Below are positions 46,300 to 56,615 of a DNA stretch of 64,000 nt, in pieces. The position numbers were made by a program, and so were the translations under genes. Numbering within the stretch: position 1 is the stretch's first letter; the number at the start of each line of letters is the position of its first letter. The stretch lies in the NCBI GenBank assembly GCA_013288555.1, contig JABDBQ010000011.1, forward strand, positions 1,820 to 65,819, in the 5' to 3' direction. Origin of the DNA: Bacteroidota bacterium. Its GTDB lineage: Bacteria; Bacteroidota; Bacteroidia; CAILMK01. A model generated the notes under the pieces. The model was given only the letters and a program-made list of their open reading frames with translations, was not told the origin of the DNA and ran no database searches.

Positions 46300-48057
46300 T
46301 TAAGAACCAGGCTTTAAATGAAGATACTTCCATTGTTCCTGTGATATTGGTCCCGGAGCATCGAGCATAATATCACGCCCTGAATTGTTTTTAGGGAACG
46401 CGATGACATCCCTTATAGATTCTGTGCCGGCCATGATGGCACAGAGCCTGTCAAAACCAAAAGCACAACCACCATGTGGCGGGGCGCCATATTCTAAAGC
46501 TCCCAGCAGAAACCCGAATTTTTCCTGGGCTTCTTCTTCTGATAATCCGATGGCCTTAAATATTTTAGACTGAATTTCTCTGTCATGGATACGGATAGAA
46601 CCACTGCAGCATTCCCAGCCATTTATAACAAAATCATAGGCGTTGGCAAGCACTTCACCGGGATGGGTAAATATCTTATCGAGATGTTCCGCTTTGGGTG
46701 ATGTAAAAGGGTGGTGCTCAAAAGTCCATGTCTGGCTTTCTTCATCAAAAGCAAACATGGGAAAATCCACAACCCAGAGGGCCGCAAATTTGTTTTTGTC
46801 CCTGAGCCCCATCTGACTTCCGATTTCAAGTCGCAGGTCGCCAATGGCTTTCTGAACTTTACGTGTAGCGCCAGAACTGATGAGGAGCAAATCACCCTGC
46901 TGGCCATTAAAGGTTTTAAACCATTCTTTCAACTGATCTTCAGAGAAGAACTTATTGACAGATGACGATATTGTGTTGTCTTCATTCCATTTGACATATA
47001 TTAGGCCTTTCATGCCCCGGTTAGGCTCTTTTACATATTCGGTATAGGCATCTAATTGTTTCCGTGTGAAAACAGCGCCGTTTTCAATACAGATTCCTGC
47101 TATAGATCCTTTTTGATCCAGTGCATCTTTGAACGGAGCAAAATCTGTATCGCCTAACTGTGAATCAAGATATTTGATCTCCATGCCAAAGCGCATATCC
47201 GGCTTGTCACTCCCGAACCGATTCATAGCATCTGCATAGGTCAATACAGGTATTTCACCCAGCTCAACTTCTCTTACTTCTTTAAAAATATGCTTTACAA
47301 AACCTGTAAATACATCAATAATATCCTGCTGGTGTATGAATGACATTTCACAATCCACCTGTGTAAATTCCGGCTGTCGGTCGGCCCTGAAATCCTCATC
47401 CCTGAAGCATTTTACAATCTGGAAATATTTGTCATATCCCGACATCATCAGGATTTGTTTAAACGTTTGAGGGCTTTGAGGTAAGGCATAAAAGTTGCTT
47501 TCATGTACGCGACTCGGTACTACGAAGTCACGGGCTCCTTCCGGAGTGGATTTGATCAAAAATGGCGTTTCAATTTCCAGGAAACCCTGCCCGGCAAGAT
47601 ATTTACGAACTTCCTGCCCCAGTTTGTGCCTGAGAATTAAATTGTCCCTGATCGGCCTTCTTCTCAGGTCAAGATAACGGTATTTCATCCTGAGCTCTTC
47701 ACCTCCGTCGGTATCGTCTTCTATTGTAAATGGAGGCAGTTTGGAGGCATTTAAAAGAGTAAGTTCAGTTACAATTATTTCAATATCGCCAGTGGGGATA
47801 TTGTTATTTTTATTGCTTCTTTCATTTACCTTTCCTGTTACCTGGACCACAAATTCGCGTCCGAGGGTACGGGCTTTTTCACATAGATTGTTGTCAATAT
47901 CCATCCCAAAAACCAGCTGCGTGATGCCAAAACGATCGCGCAGGTCAATAAATGTCATTCCCCCGAAATCCCGGTTATACTGTACCCAGCCAGATAGGGT
48001 AACTGTTTGATTAATATGTTCTGACCGGAGTTCTCCGCAGGTATGGGTACGATACAT
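46300..48057 (-). CDS. aspS: Aspartate--tRNA ligase
   Basis: MYRTHTCGEL, TPEGARDF, LPQSPQ, FRDED.RADRQPEF, GAPPHGG. Confidence 0.97.
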   Translation of the reverse strand: MYRTHTCGELRSEHINQTVTLSGWVQYNRDFGGMTFIDLRDRFGITQLVFGMDIDNNLCEKARTLGREFVVQVTGKVNERSNKNNNIPTGDIEIIVTELTLLNASKLPPFTIEDDTDGGEELRMKYRYLDLRRRPIRDNLILRHKLGQEVRKYLAGQGFLEIETPFLIKSTPEGARDFVVPSRVHESNFYALPQSPQTFKQILMMSGYDKYFQIVKCFRDEDFRADRQPEFTQVDCEMSFIHQQDIIDVFTGFVKHIFKEVREVELGEIPVLTYADAMNRFGSDKPDMRFGMEIKYLDSQLGDTDFAPFKDALDQKGSIAGICIENGAVFTRKQLDAYTEYVKEPNRGMKGLIYVKWNEDNTISSSVNKFFSEDQLKEWFKTFNGQQGDLLLISSGATRKVQKAIGDLRLEIGSQMGLRDKNKFAALWVVDFPMFAFDEESQTWTFEHHPFTSPKAEHLDKIFTHPGEVLANAYDFVINGWECCSGSIRIHDREIQSKIFKAIGLSEEEAQEKFGFLLGALEYGAPPHGGCAFGFDRLCAIMAGTESIRDVIAFPKNNSGRDIMLDAPGPISQEQWKYLHLKPGS

Positions 48058-48183
48058 AGATGATTTGAATTTGATGCAAAGGTAAGGAGAAACGGGGAAC
48101 AGTGAGAAGTAAGTAATGAGAAGTGAGATGTATATGGTGCTTTTATAAAAAGCCTTTCACTTCTCACTTTTCACTTCTTACCC

Positions 48184-49059
48184 CTATTGACTGTTATTAT
48201 CATCATCCCTGATGATATGCTGTGGAGGGGTGATTTGTTTCACCCTGAATGACATGCCTACAAATACGTTCAAAGATATATACTGGCTGGAAAAGCCTGC
48301 CAATACATCGTCATGAGATGCTCTTTCATCTTTTTTGGTGCTCACCGGGTACATCCATTCTACGGGTGCATTACCGGGCAATACATAATTTGTATTCTCA
48401 ATATTGGTAATGCTCCGGTCGAAACGTACTCCGATATGGGCATATTCCCAGTCCCTGATTTTGATATTAAACTCGGCACCGGCTGTAAGGCCAAAATCAA
48501 TGGGATTATAAAGCTGTTTGAAATTAAAATTCGGATAATTTTTTAAAATGGAATCAGGAGCATTTGGACGTGTGAATACCTTGACATTCATAAGATAACC
48601 CAATTGAAATCCCATAAAAATGCTCACATTGATCCTTGAATTTTCGGCGATTTCCGAATTGAAACGAAGCAGGAATGGCACGCGTATGTAATCCATATAT
48701 ACATGTGAAGTATAAGGAATTGAATCATGGGTACTGTAAATGTTATAAAAATCACGGATCGTGCCGGTATATTTTTGCCCGACACCGGAATAATACAACC
48801 CGGTTTGAAGGCCGTAGTTTGTGTTAAAATTGTGAATATAGTCCATGCCGGCACCTACTTTATATGTTGGAACTATGTTTTGCTGCCCACTAAGATTTGT
48901 AGCGCTGTAATCACTGAAATTTTCTATTCCAACATATTGAGGGCCGCCCCAGAACTGGATAAAATTTCCCGATTGGGCATATATATGTCCACACTGGAAA
49001 ACTGATATAACAACCAAAAGGGTTGCTAATGATAAATTCCCGTATTTTTTATGTTTCAT
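48184..49059 (-). CDS. Outer membrane beta-barrel (porin family) protein
   Basis: Signal peptide; alternating strands; MDYIRVPFLLRF and DFGLTAG motifs. Confidence 0.75.
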   Translation of the reverse strand: MKHKKYGNLSLATLLVVISVFQCGHIYAQSGNFIQFWGGPQYVGIENFSDYSATNLSGQQNIVPTYKVGAGMDYIHNFNTNYGLQTGLYYSGVGQKYTGTIRDFYNIYSTHDSIPYTSHVYMDYIRVPFLLRFNSEIAENSRINVSIFMGFQLGYLMNVKVFTRPNAPDSILKNYPNFNFKQLYNPIDFGLTAGAEFNIKIRDWEYAHIGVRFDRSITNIENTNYVLPGNAPVEWMYPVSTKKDERASHDDVLAGFSSQYISLNVFVGMSFRVKQITPPQHIIRDDDNNSQ

Positions 49060-49194
49060 TCTTATTTAGAATCTTTTAACGGACTGTTATGTATTTTATT
49101 ATAAGTTAACAATCTGCTAAATAATATGTTCCTGATGGATTCAATGAGAGCAAATTTTATACCGTTTAAATGCTCAATTTCATATTCAGCGTCC

Positions 49195-52100
49195 TTATTT
49201 CCTGGCCTGTAATTCTCCGATCAATGTATTTTGACTTCTGATACGACGGGATAAAATGGTTAAAATGCCCTGGGCAACCTCAGGCCTTTCTTCTATGAGT
49301 TCGTTGAATTCTAATTGATCAATGCGTAAGAGCAGGCAATCATTAAGCGCCGTAGCTGTGGCAGATCGCGGTTCAGGATCCAGAAGGGCAAGTTCTCCAA
49401 AAAGATCCCTGCTGTGAAGGACGGAAAGTTCTTTGCCGTCAATATGAATGGAAATATCTCCTTCGCAGATGATATAAAGGCAGTTACCAAGGTCGTCTTT
49501 TACAAATATGTCTTCTCCTTTCCGCTTGCGTTCTTCTCTGGCAATACCTGCAATACCAACCAATATATTTTCAGGTGTTGCGGCAAACATATTGGCGCTC
49601 TTCAGGATCAGGATCTTTTCAATTTCGAGCATGGATTCTTTTTCAGAATGCCCTTTATGCCCATGATGCTTTTCTTCTTTCATATCTGTTAAGATTTGAT
49701 TTTTTTTATTGGTGGCTAACAAAGTTTTATTTGCAGATTCAGCACATTCTGAAAGCAGTTTGTTCCCTGAAATCAAATATCGCCCATGAATTTTCTCATC
49801 AAACTGTAGACAGAATTTGTAAAGAGTTATGGCCTTGGTCCATTGAAGAAAGGGGTTGTTTTTTTCGCGGAGAATACTGTTGATAATCCCTTGCCTGCTT
49901 TGATGTGCATCGGGTTCCATGAGTTTTGACAGCAGCTCAATCTTATGATCTCCCGGAATATCTTCAAGCATAGGGAAAAGCTTCATTTTTAGATCTCTGT
50001 CAATAATATTTTCGAGATATTCCAATGCATTGGCGCGGTTTTCTTTATCGGGAGAACCATACGCTGTTTTCGCTTTTTGAATGACATTCCTGTCATGCAA
50101 AAAAGAAAGCAAATAAAACAAACGGGTTTTTGAATTTTCAATTTCATGCTCCAATGCTGATTTGAGATAGTTGTTTTCAGCCTCTGTTGAAACCTGCTCG
50201 AATATCTGGAGGCAATGAAAAGAAAACTGCAATTCTTTTTCCAGTTTACCAGAAATATATAGGTTGTATTTTTTTACATCTGATCTGTTGCGATCAATGG
50301 CTTTCAAGACTTCATCAAGTGTTTCAGCATGTGCATTTTCAAAATAGTCATTGAATAAGATTTCAAGTGCCTGTGGACCGCCGATCCGGGAACAGATTTT
50401 AATTGCTTCTGTTTCATAATTTTCACGAAATTCCGGTTTTTTAATATATTCAAAAACCGGGGCCCCGATCTGACTCAATGCCTCCAGGGTTGCCTTTTTC
50501 AAAAATTTATTGTCAAGGTATGGAACCAGGGGTTCTATCAATTTTGGGTTTCCTATCCGGCCACAGGCATTTATTGCAGCTTTCTGTACCTCAGGGTTTT
50601 CGTGATGGATGAGTTCAAGCACCGGTTTGTAGTAATTCCTAAAGCCAAGTTCACCGATAATATCAATGGCGATGATAAGGTCTTCAATATTCCTGGATTC
50701 CAACATTTTAAGTAATTGCTGACCGCCGATAATCATGGGTTCCAAGTCGCCACTTTTTAGAAATCCTTTTATGGCAGCAGCCCTGATTACAGGATTCGGA
50801 TTGTCCAATACCTGGGCAATCCGGTCGATAATGTCTTCATATTGGCTGCAGTAAAGTTTTATTGCTGCCTCACATACTTCTCCTGAAAGATCAGCATTTA
50901 TTATGTTGATTAAGATTTCACTATTTGTCTTTAATTTTAATGCATACATCGTATTCAATGTATACAACCGAACTTCCATAACGGGGTGGGAAAGGAGCTG
51001 AGGAATGGCCGATTCAAAAACAGGAATATGCGTTTTTGATAATATCTCACTTGCATAAATTACTTCGTCAGGGCGCTCGCTCTTTAGCCTGGCTTTTAAA
51101 ATCTTCACCGAACTTTCATCACCCAGGTTCAATTCGCCGCTGTCTATCATTCTTTTATTTATAGCCGTGCGCAAGGCATCCATATATTTTCGTGCCGCGA
51201 AGAATATGAGTACAATCCAGATCATAATCAGCACGATCAATATATAATTGATCTTATACAGGTTTACATTATGATATACCAGTATACCTATATACAATGA
51301 CAAGCCGCTGATTCCCAATCCTAACGGGTCGATTATTCCACTGATGATACTATGCGCTTTATGTCTCGCATCCGCTGGTAAAGGTTGAAAAAGTGCGAGA
51401 AACAACGGCTCATAAAGTACAGCTTTAAATATTTCAGAAAACACAATCATAATGGTAAAAAACCACATGATAATATATTCCCCCTGGTATATTCTGTCGA
51501 TAATTACCATGCTTATACACATCAGGATCAGAAAAAGGGGTAGCGCCAAAAGACTTCTTCTAACCCCGAGTCTTTCAATGGCTTTGCCTGAGAAAAGCAG
51601 TTTGCAAAGGATAATAATTCCATTAGAGATAGCAAATACTATGGCAAAAAATTGATCCAGTTCCTTCAATGTGTGAAACTTATGTTCTACACCGGATAAA
51701 AACGAAAATTCAATAAAAGTAATGACGATGGCTGCCGTTAAATAGAGTATTGAGAGTGCCATAACCAGTTCCGATTGAAAAAAACGCGAAAGAAAACTTA
51801 TTCCTGCCGGTTTGCGATGCACGTGTTCTACGGAATGATGCTCAAAATGTGATGGCTTCATTTTTGAAAATAAAAGCTTGAGAATCAAGGCTCCTGCAAG
51901 AAAAGCCACGGTAGAAATAATGAGCAGGTTAGACCCTCCTCCCAGGTAAGGAGCCAGCAGGAACACCATAAGTGAGCCCAGTAATTTGGCAGGCACATCT
52001 CCAACACTGATGAGTCCATATAATCTTTTGGCCTGCCTTACATCAAAAATATAGCTGGAAAGAGTCCAGAATTCTGTATCAACCTGTAAGTTAACTACCT

Positions 52101-52500
52101 GGTATAATATATAAATCGCAAAGGGTATCCAAAGAACTTTAAAACTCAGTGCCCCTATAAAAAAGAGAAAAATAGTGATGGCAACAAAGATGACAATTGC
52201 CATAAGCATTTTAGGTGGCGGCCATCTGTGGCTTAAGGAATCGTTTAGTTTACCCAGCAAAGAAAGAACTACGGCTGAGCACATGAATACAAGCGGGAGG
52301 GATTCTATTTCAAACCGGGAAAGAAATAATGCATTAGCTACGATGAAAAGAACTGAAATACCGATACCCTGGAAGAAATAATGCAATAAGAGATAACCCA
52401 CATACATGGATTCTCCTTGTCTCACATTTAAAAACCTACTTATTCTCTCCTTCATAAACGCTTTCAGCTTCAAACCGGTAATATTAGGAAATTTTATCAA
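49195..52500 (-). CDS. Npt1/TLC-like membrane transporter fused to HEAT repeats and a cNMP-binding domain
   Basis: ~12 TM N-terminus (FDVRQAKRLYG), HEAT-like repeats, C-terminal FGELALLDPEPRSATA. Confidence 0.8.
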   Translation of the reverse strand: MIKFPNITGLKLKAFMKERISRFLNVRQGESMYVGYLLLHYFFQGIGISVLFIVANALFLSRFEIESLPLVFMCSAVVLSLLGKLNDSLSHRWPPPKMLMAIVIFVAITIFLFFIGALSFKVLWIPFAIYILYQVVNLQVDTEFWTLSSYIFDVRQAKRLYGLISVGDVPAKLLGSLMVFLLAPYLGGGSNLLIISTVAFLAGALILKLLFSKMKPSHFEHHSVEHVHRKPAGISFLSRFFQSELVMALSILYLTAAIVITFIEFSFLSGVEHKFHTLKELDQFFAIVFAISNGIIILCKLLFSGKAIERLGVRRSLLALPLFLILMCISMVIIDRIYQGEYIIMWFFTIMIVFSEIFKAVLYEPLFLALFQPLPADARHKAHSIISGIIDPLGLGISGLSLYIGILVYHNVNLYKINYILIVLIMIWIVLIFFAARKYMDALRTAINKRMIDSGELNLGDESSVKILKARLKSERPDEVIYASEILSKTHIPVFESAIPQLLSHPVMEVRLYTLNTMYALKLKTNSEILINIINADLSGEVCEAAIKLYCSQYEDIIDRIAQVLDNPNPVIRAAAIKGFLKSGDLEPMIIGGQQLLKMLESRNIEDLIIAIDIIGELGFRNYYKPVLELIHHENPEVQKAAINACGRIGNPKLIEPLVPYLDNKFLKKATLEALSQIGAPVFEYIKKPEFRENYETEAIKICSRIGGPQALEILFNDYFENAHAETLDEVLKAIDRNRSDVKKYNLYISGKLEKELQFSFHCLQIFEQVSTEAENNYLKSALEHEIENSKTRLFYLLSFLHDRNVIQKAKTAYGSPDKENRANALEYLENIIDRDLKMKLFPMLEDIPGDHKIELLSKLMEPDAHQSRQGIINSILREKNNPFLQWTKAITLYKFCLQFDEKIHGRYLISGNKLLSECAESANKTLLATNKKNQILTDMKEEKHHGHKGHSEKESMLEIEKILILKSANMFAATPENILVGIAGIAREERKRKGEDIFVKDDLGNCLYIICEGDISIHIDGKELSVLHSRDLFGELALLDPEPRSATATALNDCLLLRIDQLEFNELIEERPEVAQGILTILSRRIRSQNTLIGELQARK

Positions 52501-52541
52501 GCTTTTGCCACCTGATCTCCCCAGTCCTAAAAATTTACGAT

Positions 52542-53639
52542 CTAACTGAAGTTGATATCAACGTCTTTTTCAATGGGTTTTCCCTGCAGGATGTACTCAG
52601 CCAGCTGCAGGGCAAAATACGGTGCCAGGATCACGCCTTTGGTGCCTAAGCCATTTAATATGAACATTTTGTCATTGATATGACTTTTGCCCAATAAAGG
52701 CCTTCTCTGTTTTACAGCAGGTCGTATGCCTGCCTCATGATTGAGAATTTCAAATGGCAATTCCGTTATTTTTTTTAATTTACCTATCAGTTCTTTGCGT
52801 CCCTTTTCGGTGGGTAGCGTTGTGAGATCATCCCATTCATATGTGGAACCCATTTTATAAATATCATTGCCAACAGGCACAAGATATCCGGTTGACATCA
52901 GGATATTTTCCGCATATAATCCCGGAATCCGAACGGTTAGAATTTCGCCCTTCGCAAGATTAAAGGGTAAGCCCGGGAAATATGGATTTTCAGTTGCGCG
53001 ATATCCTTCACAAAATATAATAGAGCAGGCCTGAAAATCTCCCCAAACTATATTTAATTCGTTGATTATAATATCATTATACGCAAAATTGGATTCCACG
53101 AAACTATGCTGTTGGTCAAGGTATTTCCTGAAAGCGGTAATCAGCAATAATGTGTCGATATACCCACCGCCTTTTATTTCGCATGAGGCATATTTATTGC
53201 CTGATTCCGAAGCCGTAAAGCCCGCGATATATTTTTTTTTGTCATCCTGGATTGACCTTTCATACACTTCTTTTTCTTCCTCGCCTGATAGATATTTTAC
53301 TATAGGCAGTTTATAAAGTAATTTTTTGCCAAGAATGACTTCCATATCCTTGTAAACAGTTTCTGCACATGGAAGTAATTCATCTATGAGCCAGGATTTT
53401 ACAAATCTTCTGCCGGTGACCGGGTTAAATAATCCGCCTGCAATCATTGAAGATGAGCTGACACCGTTGTCAACCACCAGGATTCGCTTACCAGCTTTAA
53501 TCAGGTGATAAGCCATCATAGTACCTGCAATACCCTGTCCTACAATGAGGTAGTCAATTTTAATCTGCTTATTAAAATTAGAATCCAAAGATCTGTTCCA
53601 GGTTAAGTTCTTCAATTTTACCGTATCTGGCCAGGTCAT
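52542..53639 (-). CDS. FAD-dependent oxidoreductase (DAO/ThiO-like); start uncertain
   Basis: IVGQGIAG Rossmann motif, AGIRP, NGLGTKG. Confidence 0.85.
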   Translation of the reverse strand: MTWPDTVKLKNLTWNRSLDSNFNKQIKIDYLIVGQGIAGTMMAYHLIKAGKRILVVDNGVSSSSMIAGGLFNPVTGRRFVKSWLIDELLPCAETVYKDMEVILGKKLLYKLPIVKYLSGEEEKEVYERSIQDDKKKYIAGFTASESGNKYASCEIKGGGYIDTLLLITAFRKYLDQQHSFVESNFAYNDIIINELNIVWGDFQACSIIFCEGYRATENPYFPGLPFNLAKGEILTVRIPGLYAENILMSTGYLVPVGNDIYKMGSTYEWDDLTTLPTEKGRKELIGKLKKITELPFEILNHEAGIRPAVKQRRPLLGKSHINDKMFILNGLGTKGVILAPYFALQLAEYILQGKPIEKDVDINFS

Positions 53640-56469
53640 TTAAATTGATTTTGTCTTTTGCACCTAAAACGCACAATGTATATTTGGGTGATGCGTAATT
53701 TTCCCTGTGAAATTTTTCAAGATCATTCATGCCGAGTTTATCTAAAGAATTGTAAATATCTTCCCTTATATCATGATCATTCCCCATTCTAACAGCCTGG
53801 TCATAATTCATGAGGATATCACTGCGAATGATTCTTTGTGCTTCGATCTGCCCGATCAATCCTTTTCTGGCATTTTCCAGGAGAACATCTGTTGCAGGCA
53901 AATGATGTAATAAATCATTCATTCCATCGACGGCTTCTGTTATTTTATCTGCCTGTGTACCAATAAATGCGGTCGTAAAAAATGGGTCGTTTCTTCGATT
54001 TGGCGTTTCAAACCTGGAATACGTGCTATAAGCCAAAGCTTTAGATTCCCTAAGGGTCTGAAACACGATAGAGCCCATGCTTCCTCCAAAATATTCATTG
54101 AACAAAGTTGCCACAGAAAGTTCATCAACATTGTATTTCCCGGCTTTTGCCACCCAGTAAATATTTGCCTGAACCATATCAAAATCAGCGAAATAAACCT
54201 TATTCTCCTCAACATCCTGCGCTGTAAATTTTAGTGCATCCGGATAAGGTTTTAATTCTGACGGTGTCCGGTGTCTGGTATTCAAAGTATGCACCAGATC
54301 ATTTTGATCAGCGGGGCCGTAGTAATATATTTTGTGTTTGTACCCGCACAGGTTCTTGATGTATTCTGTTAGTTGTTCCGGCTTTATTTTTTTGAGTTCC
54401 TCATTGCTAAGGTTATTGTTAAAAGGATTCCGCGGTCCGTATTTTGCATAAGCCACCATGCCGCGCATGAGGATTATATCCTTGTTTTTCTTTTGATTTT
54501 CACGGTCCTGGATTGTGTTTTCTATGAGCGCATCCAGAGCATCCCTGTCCGGTTTTGCATGGTTAAGTAGTTCTTCAAACAATGTGATAGAGGCATCAAA
54601 ATTTTCCTGCAAACCCGTGAGGTATATGTACGTTCTGTCATTCGAAGCAGATACGCCGAAATTGGCCGCCAGTTTATAAAATTCATTGCTTATGTCTTCA
54701 GCGCTTTTGTTGCCCGCGCCTAAAAACTGGAGATAGTTTGCCGCCAATGGAAGCATTGAATCATTATCTTTACCCATGTCCAGGAAATAATACAGTGTAA
54801 AACGTTCATTTTCTGTATTTTTCAAATACCAGAGCGGTACGCCATGACTCAGGGTTGATATTGAAACCTGGTTTTTATAATCCAGAAATACAGGTTTTAA
54901 TGGTTTTGCCGGCGCATGAAGTATTTCATTCGCAAATTCGGAAATATCATCCCGGTTAAGTGTTACCTGTGTGATAGGTGGTTTAGGCACTTTAATAATA
55001 TTCTTATCTTCTCCGATTCGCTTGTAAACTACAGTATAATCATTTGTATACCATGCATTGGCAAATGCAATAACATCTTTTTTACTGATCTTTTTCAGTT
55101 CCGTTTTTTCAGCCACTACATCTGCCCAGTTTCTTCCGGTAACAAAGGCATCCATAATGCTGAAAGTGCGGGAGGTATTGTTCTCCTGTTTTTGCATTTC
55201 TTCAATGCGAATGTTATTTATGATTGCAGTAATGAGTCCCGGTTCAAACTGGCCTGTTTTAATTTTGCCGATTTGTTCCAAAAGCAAATTTTCCACCTCT
55301 TCAAGTTTTTGCCCGGCTATGGGAGTTCCCTGTAGTATCTGGTAACTGTAATCCTTGTTAGAACCATAATCCGCATAAGCCTCCAATACTTTCTGGCTTT
55401 TAACAAGATTGATATCGATGAGTCCGGCTTTATCGTTGTACAACAATGAGTTGGTTATTTTCAACAAGAGCGCTTCTTTTGTCCCTGCACCTGGAAAACG
55501 AAATGCGATTTCTACTTCTTCCGCTTTTGGCCCCAGTACTGTTTTAACAGTTGGTTCTGTTTTTTCTATTTCAGGCTGAAAACTGAAACCAGGTATTGGT
55601 TTTGACTGCAGCTCCGAAAAATATTTATCTACCAACATGATAGCAATATCCGGATCAAGGTCCCCTGCCAGGATCATGGCCATATTGTTGGGCACATAGT
55701 ATGTATTATAATATTCCTTAATACTTTTAAGAGAAGGATTTTTAAGATGTTCTATGGTGCCAATGGTTGTTTGCGTGCCATAGGGGTGGTTTCTGAACAA
55801 TCCTGCAAGCAATGCCTCATGTATCTTAACATCATCATTATCAAGACCCCTGTTTTTTTCTTCATATACGGCCTCGAGTTCCGTATGAAATAACCTGAAT
55901 ACAGGGCTTCTGAAGCGCTCTCCTTCCAGTTTCAGCCAGTTTTCAAGTTCATTTGCCGGAATATTGTTGATATATACAGTTTCCTCAACCGAAGTAAAGG
56001 CATTGGTACCCGTAGCTCCCAGGGCAGTAGCCATTTTGTCATATTCGTTAGGAATGGCATATTTTGCAGCAATACCGGATACTTCATCGATCTTTTTATA
56101 GATTTCCTTCCTCAGGGCTTCATCAGTAGTATGATTATAGTCTTCATACAACTGGTCTATCTGATCCAGGTATATTTTTTCGGTAGCATAATCTTTGGTG
56201 CCGTACCTGTCGGTGCCTTTGAACATCATGTGCTCCAGGTAATGGGCCAGCCCTGTATGATCTGATGGGTCATTTTTACTGCCTGCTTTAACGGCTACAA
56301 ATGCCTGGATACGGGGTTCGGTTTTATTTACACTCAATATTACCGTTAATCCGTTGTCAAGGGTATAATACCTGACACCCAGCGGATCGCCGGTAACAGT
56401 AGTGTATGGATATTTTTTCTGGGTATCTGTGCCGGAATTTTTTTCCTGGGCAGTTGCTGATATGCTCAT
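53578..56469 (-). CDS. M16 (insulinase) zinc metallopeptidase
   Basis: HYLEH inverted zinc motif, NAFTS, LRESKALAY. Confidence 0.92.
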   Translation of the reverse strand: MSISATAQEKNSGTDTQKKYPYTTVTGDPLGVRYYTLDNGLTVILSVNKTEPRIQAFVAVKAGSKNDPSDHTGLAHYLEHMMFKGTDRYGTKDYATEKIYLDQIDQLYEDYNHTTDEALRKEIYKKIDEVSGIAAKYAIPNEYDKMATALGATGTNAFTSVEETVYINNIPANELENWLKLEGERFRSPVFRLFHTELEAVYEEKNRGLDNDDVKIHEALLAGLFRNHPYGTQTTIGTIEHLKNPSLKSIKEYYNTYYVPNNMAMILAGDLDPDIAIMLVDKYFSELQSKPIPGFSFQPEIEKTEPTVKTVLGPKAEEVEIAFRFPGAGTKEALLLKITNSLLYNDKAGLIDINLVKSQKVLEAYADYGSNKDYSYQILQGTPIAGQKLEEVENLLLEQIGKIKTGQFEPGLITAIINNIRIEEMQKQENNTSRTFSIMDAFVTGRNWADVVAEKTELKKISKKDVIAFANAWYTNDYTVVYKRIGEDKNIIKVPKPPITQVTLNRDDISEFANEILHAPAKPLKPVFLDYKNQVSISTLSHGVPLWYLKNTENERFTLYYFLDMGKDNDSMLPLAANYLQFLGAGNKSAEDISNEFYKLAANFGVSASNDRTYIYLTGLQENFDASITLFEELLNHAKPDRDALDALIENTIQDRENQKKNKDIILMRGMVAYAKYGPRNPFNNNLSNEELKKIKPEQLTEYIKNLCGYKHKIYYYGPADQNDLVHTLNTRHRTPSELKPYPDALKFTAQDVEENKVYFADFDMVQANIYWVAKAGKYNVDELSVATLFNEYFGGSMGSIVFQTLRESKALAYSTYSRFETPNRRNDPFFTTAFIGTQADKITEAVDGMNDLLHHLPATDVLLENARKGLIGQIEAQRIIRSDILMNYDQAVRMGNDHDIREDIYNSLDKLGMNDLEKFHRENYASPKYTLCVLGAKDKINLNDLARYGKIEELNLEQIFGF

Positions 56470-56615
56470 TTTAGATATTAAAATATTGAAATAGAACTTG
56501 ATTTAAACGCAATCGAATATCGTATTTTTTCTTTGCTATGTGCCGACTGCAAAAAACATGCACAACTTCAATTAAGGACAAAAAATATTGAATTATGAAA
56601 TTAATAGGCAATTTA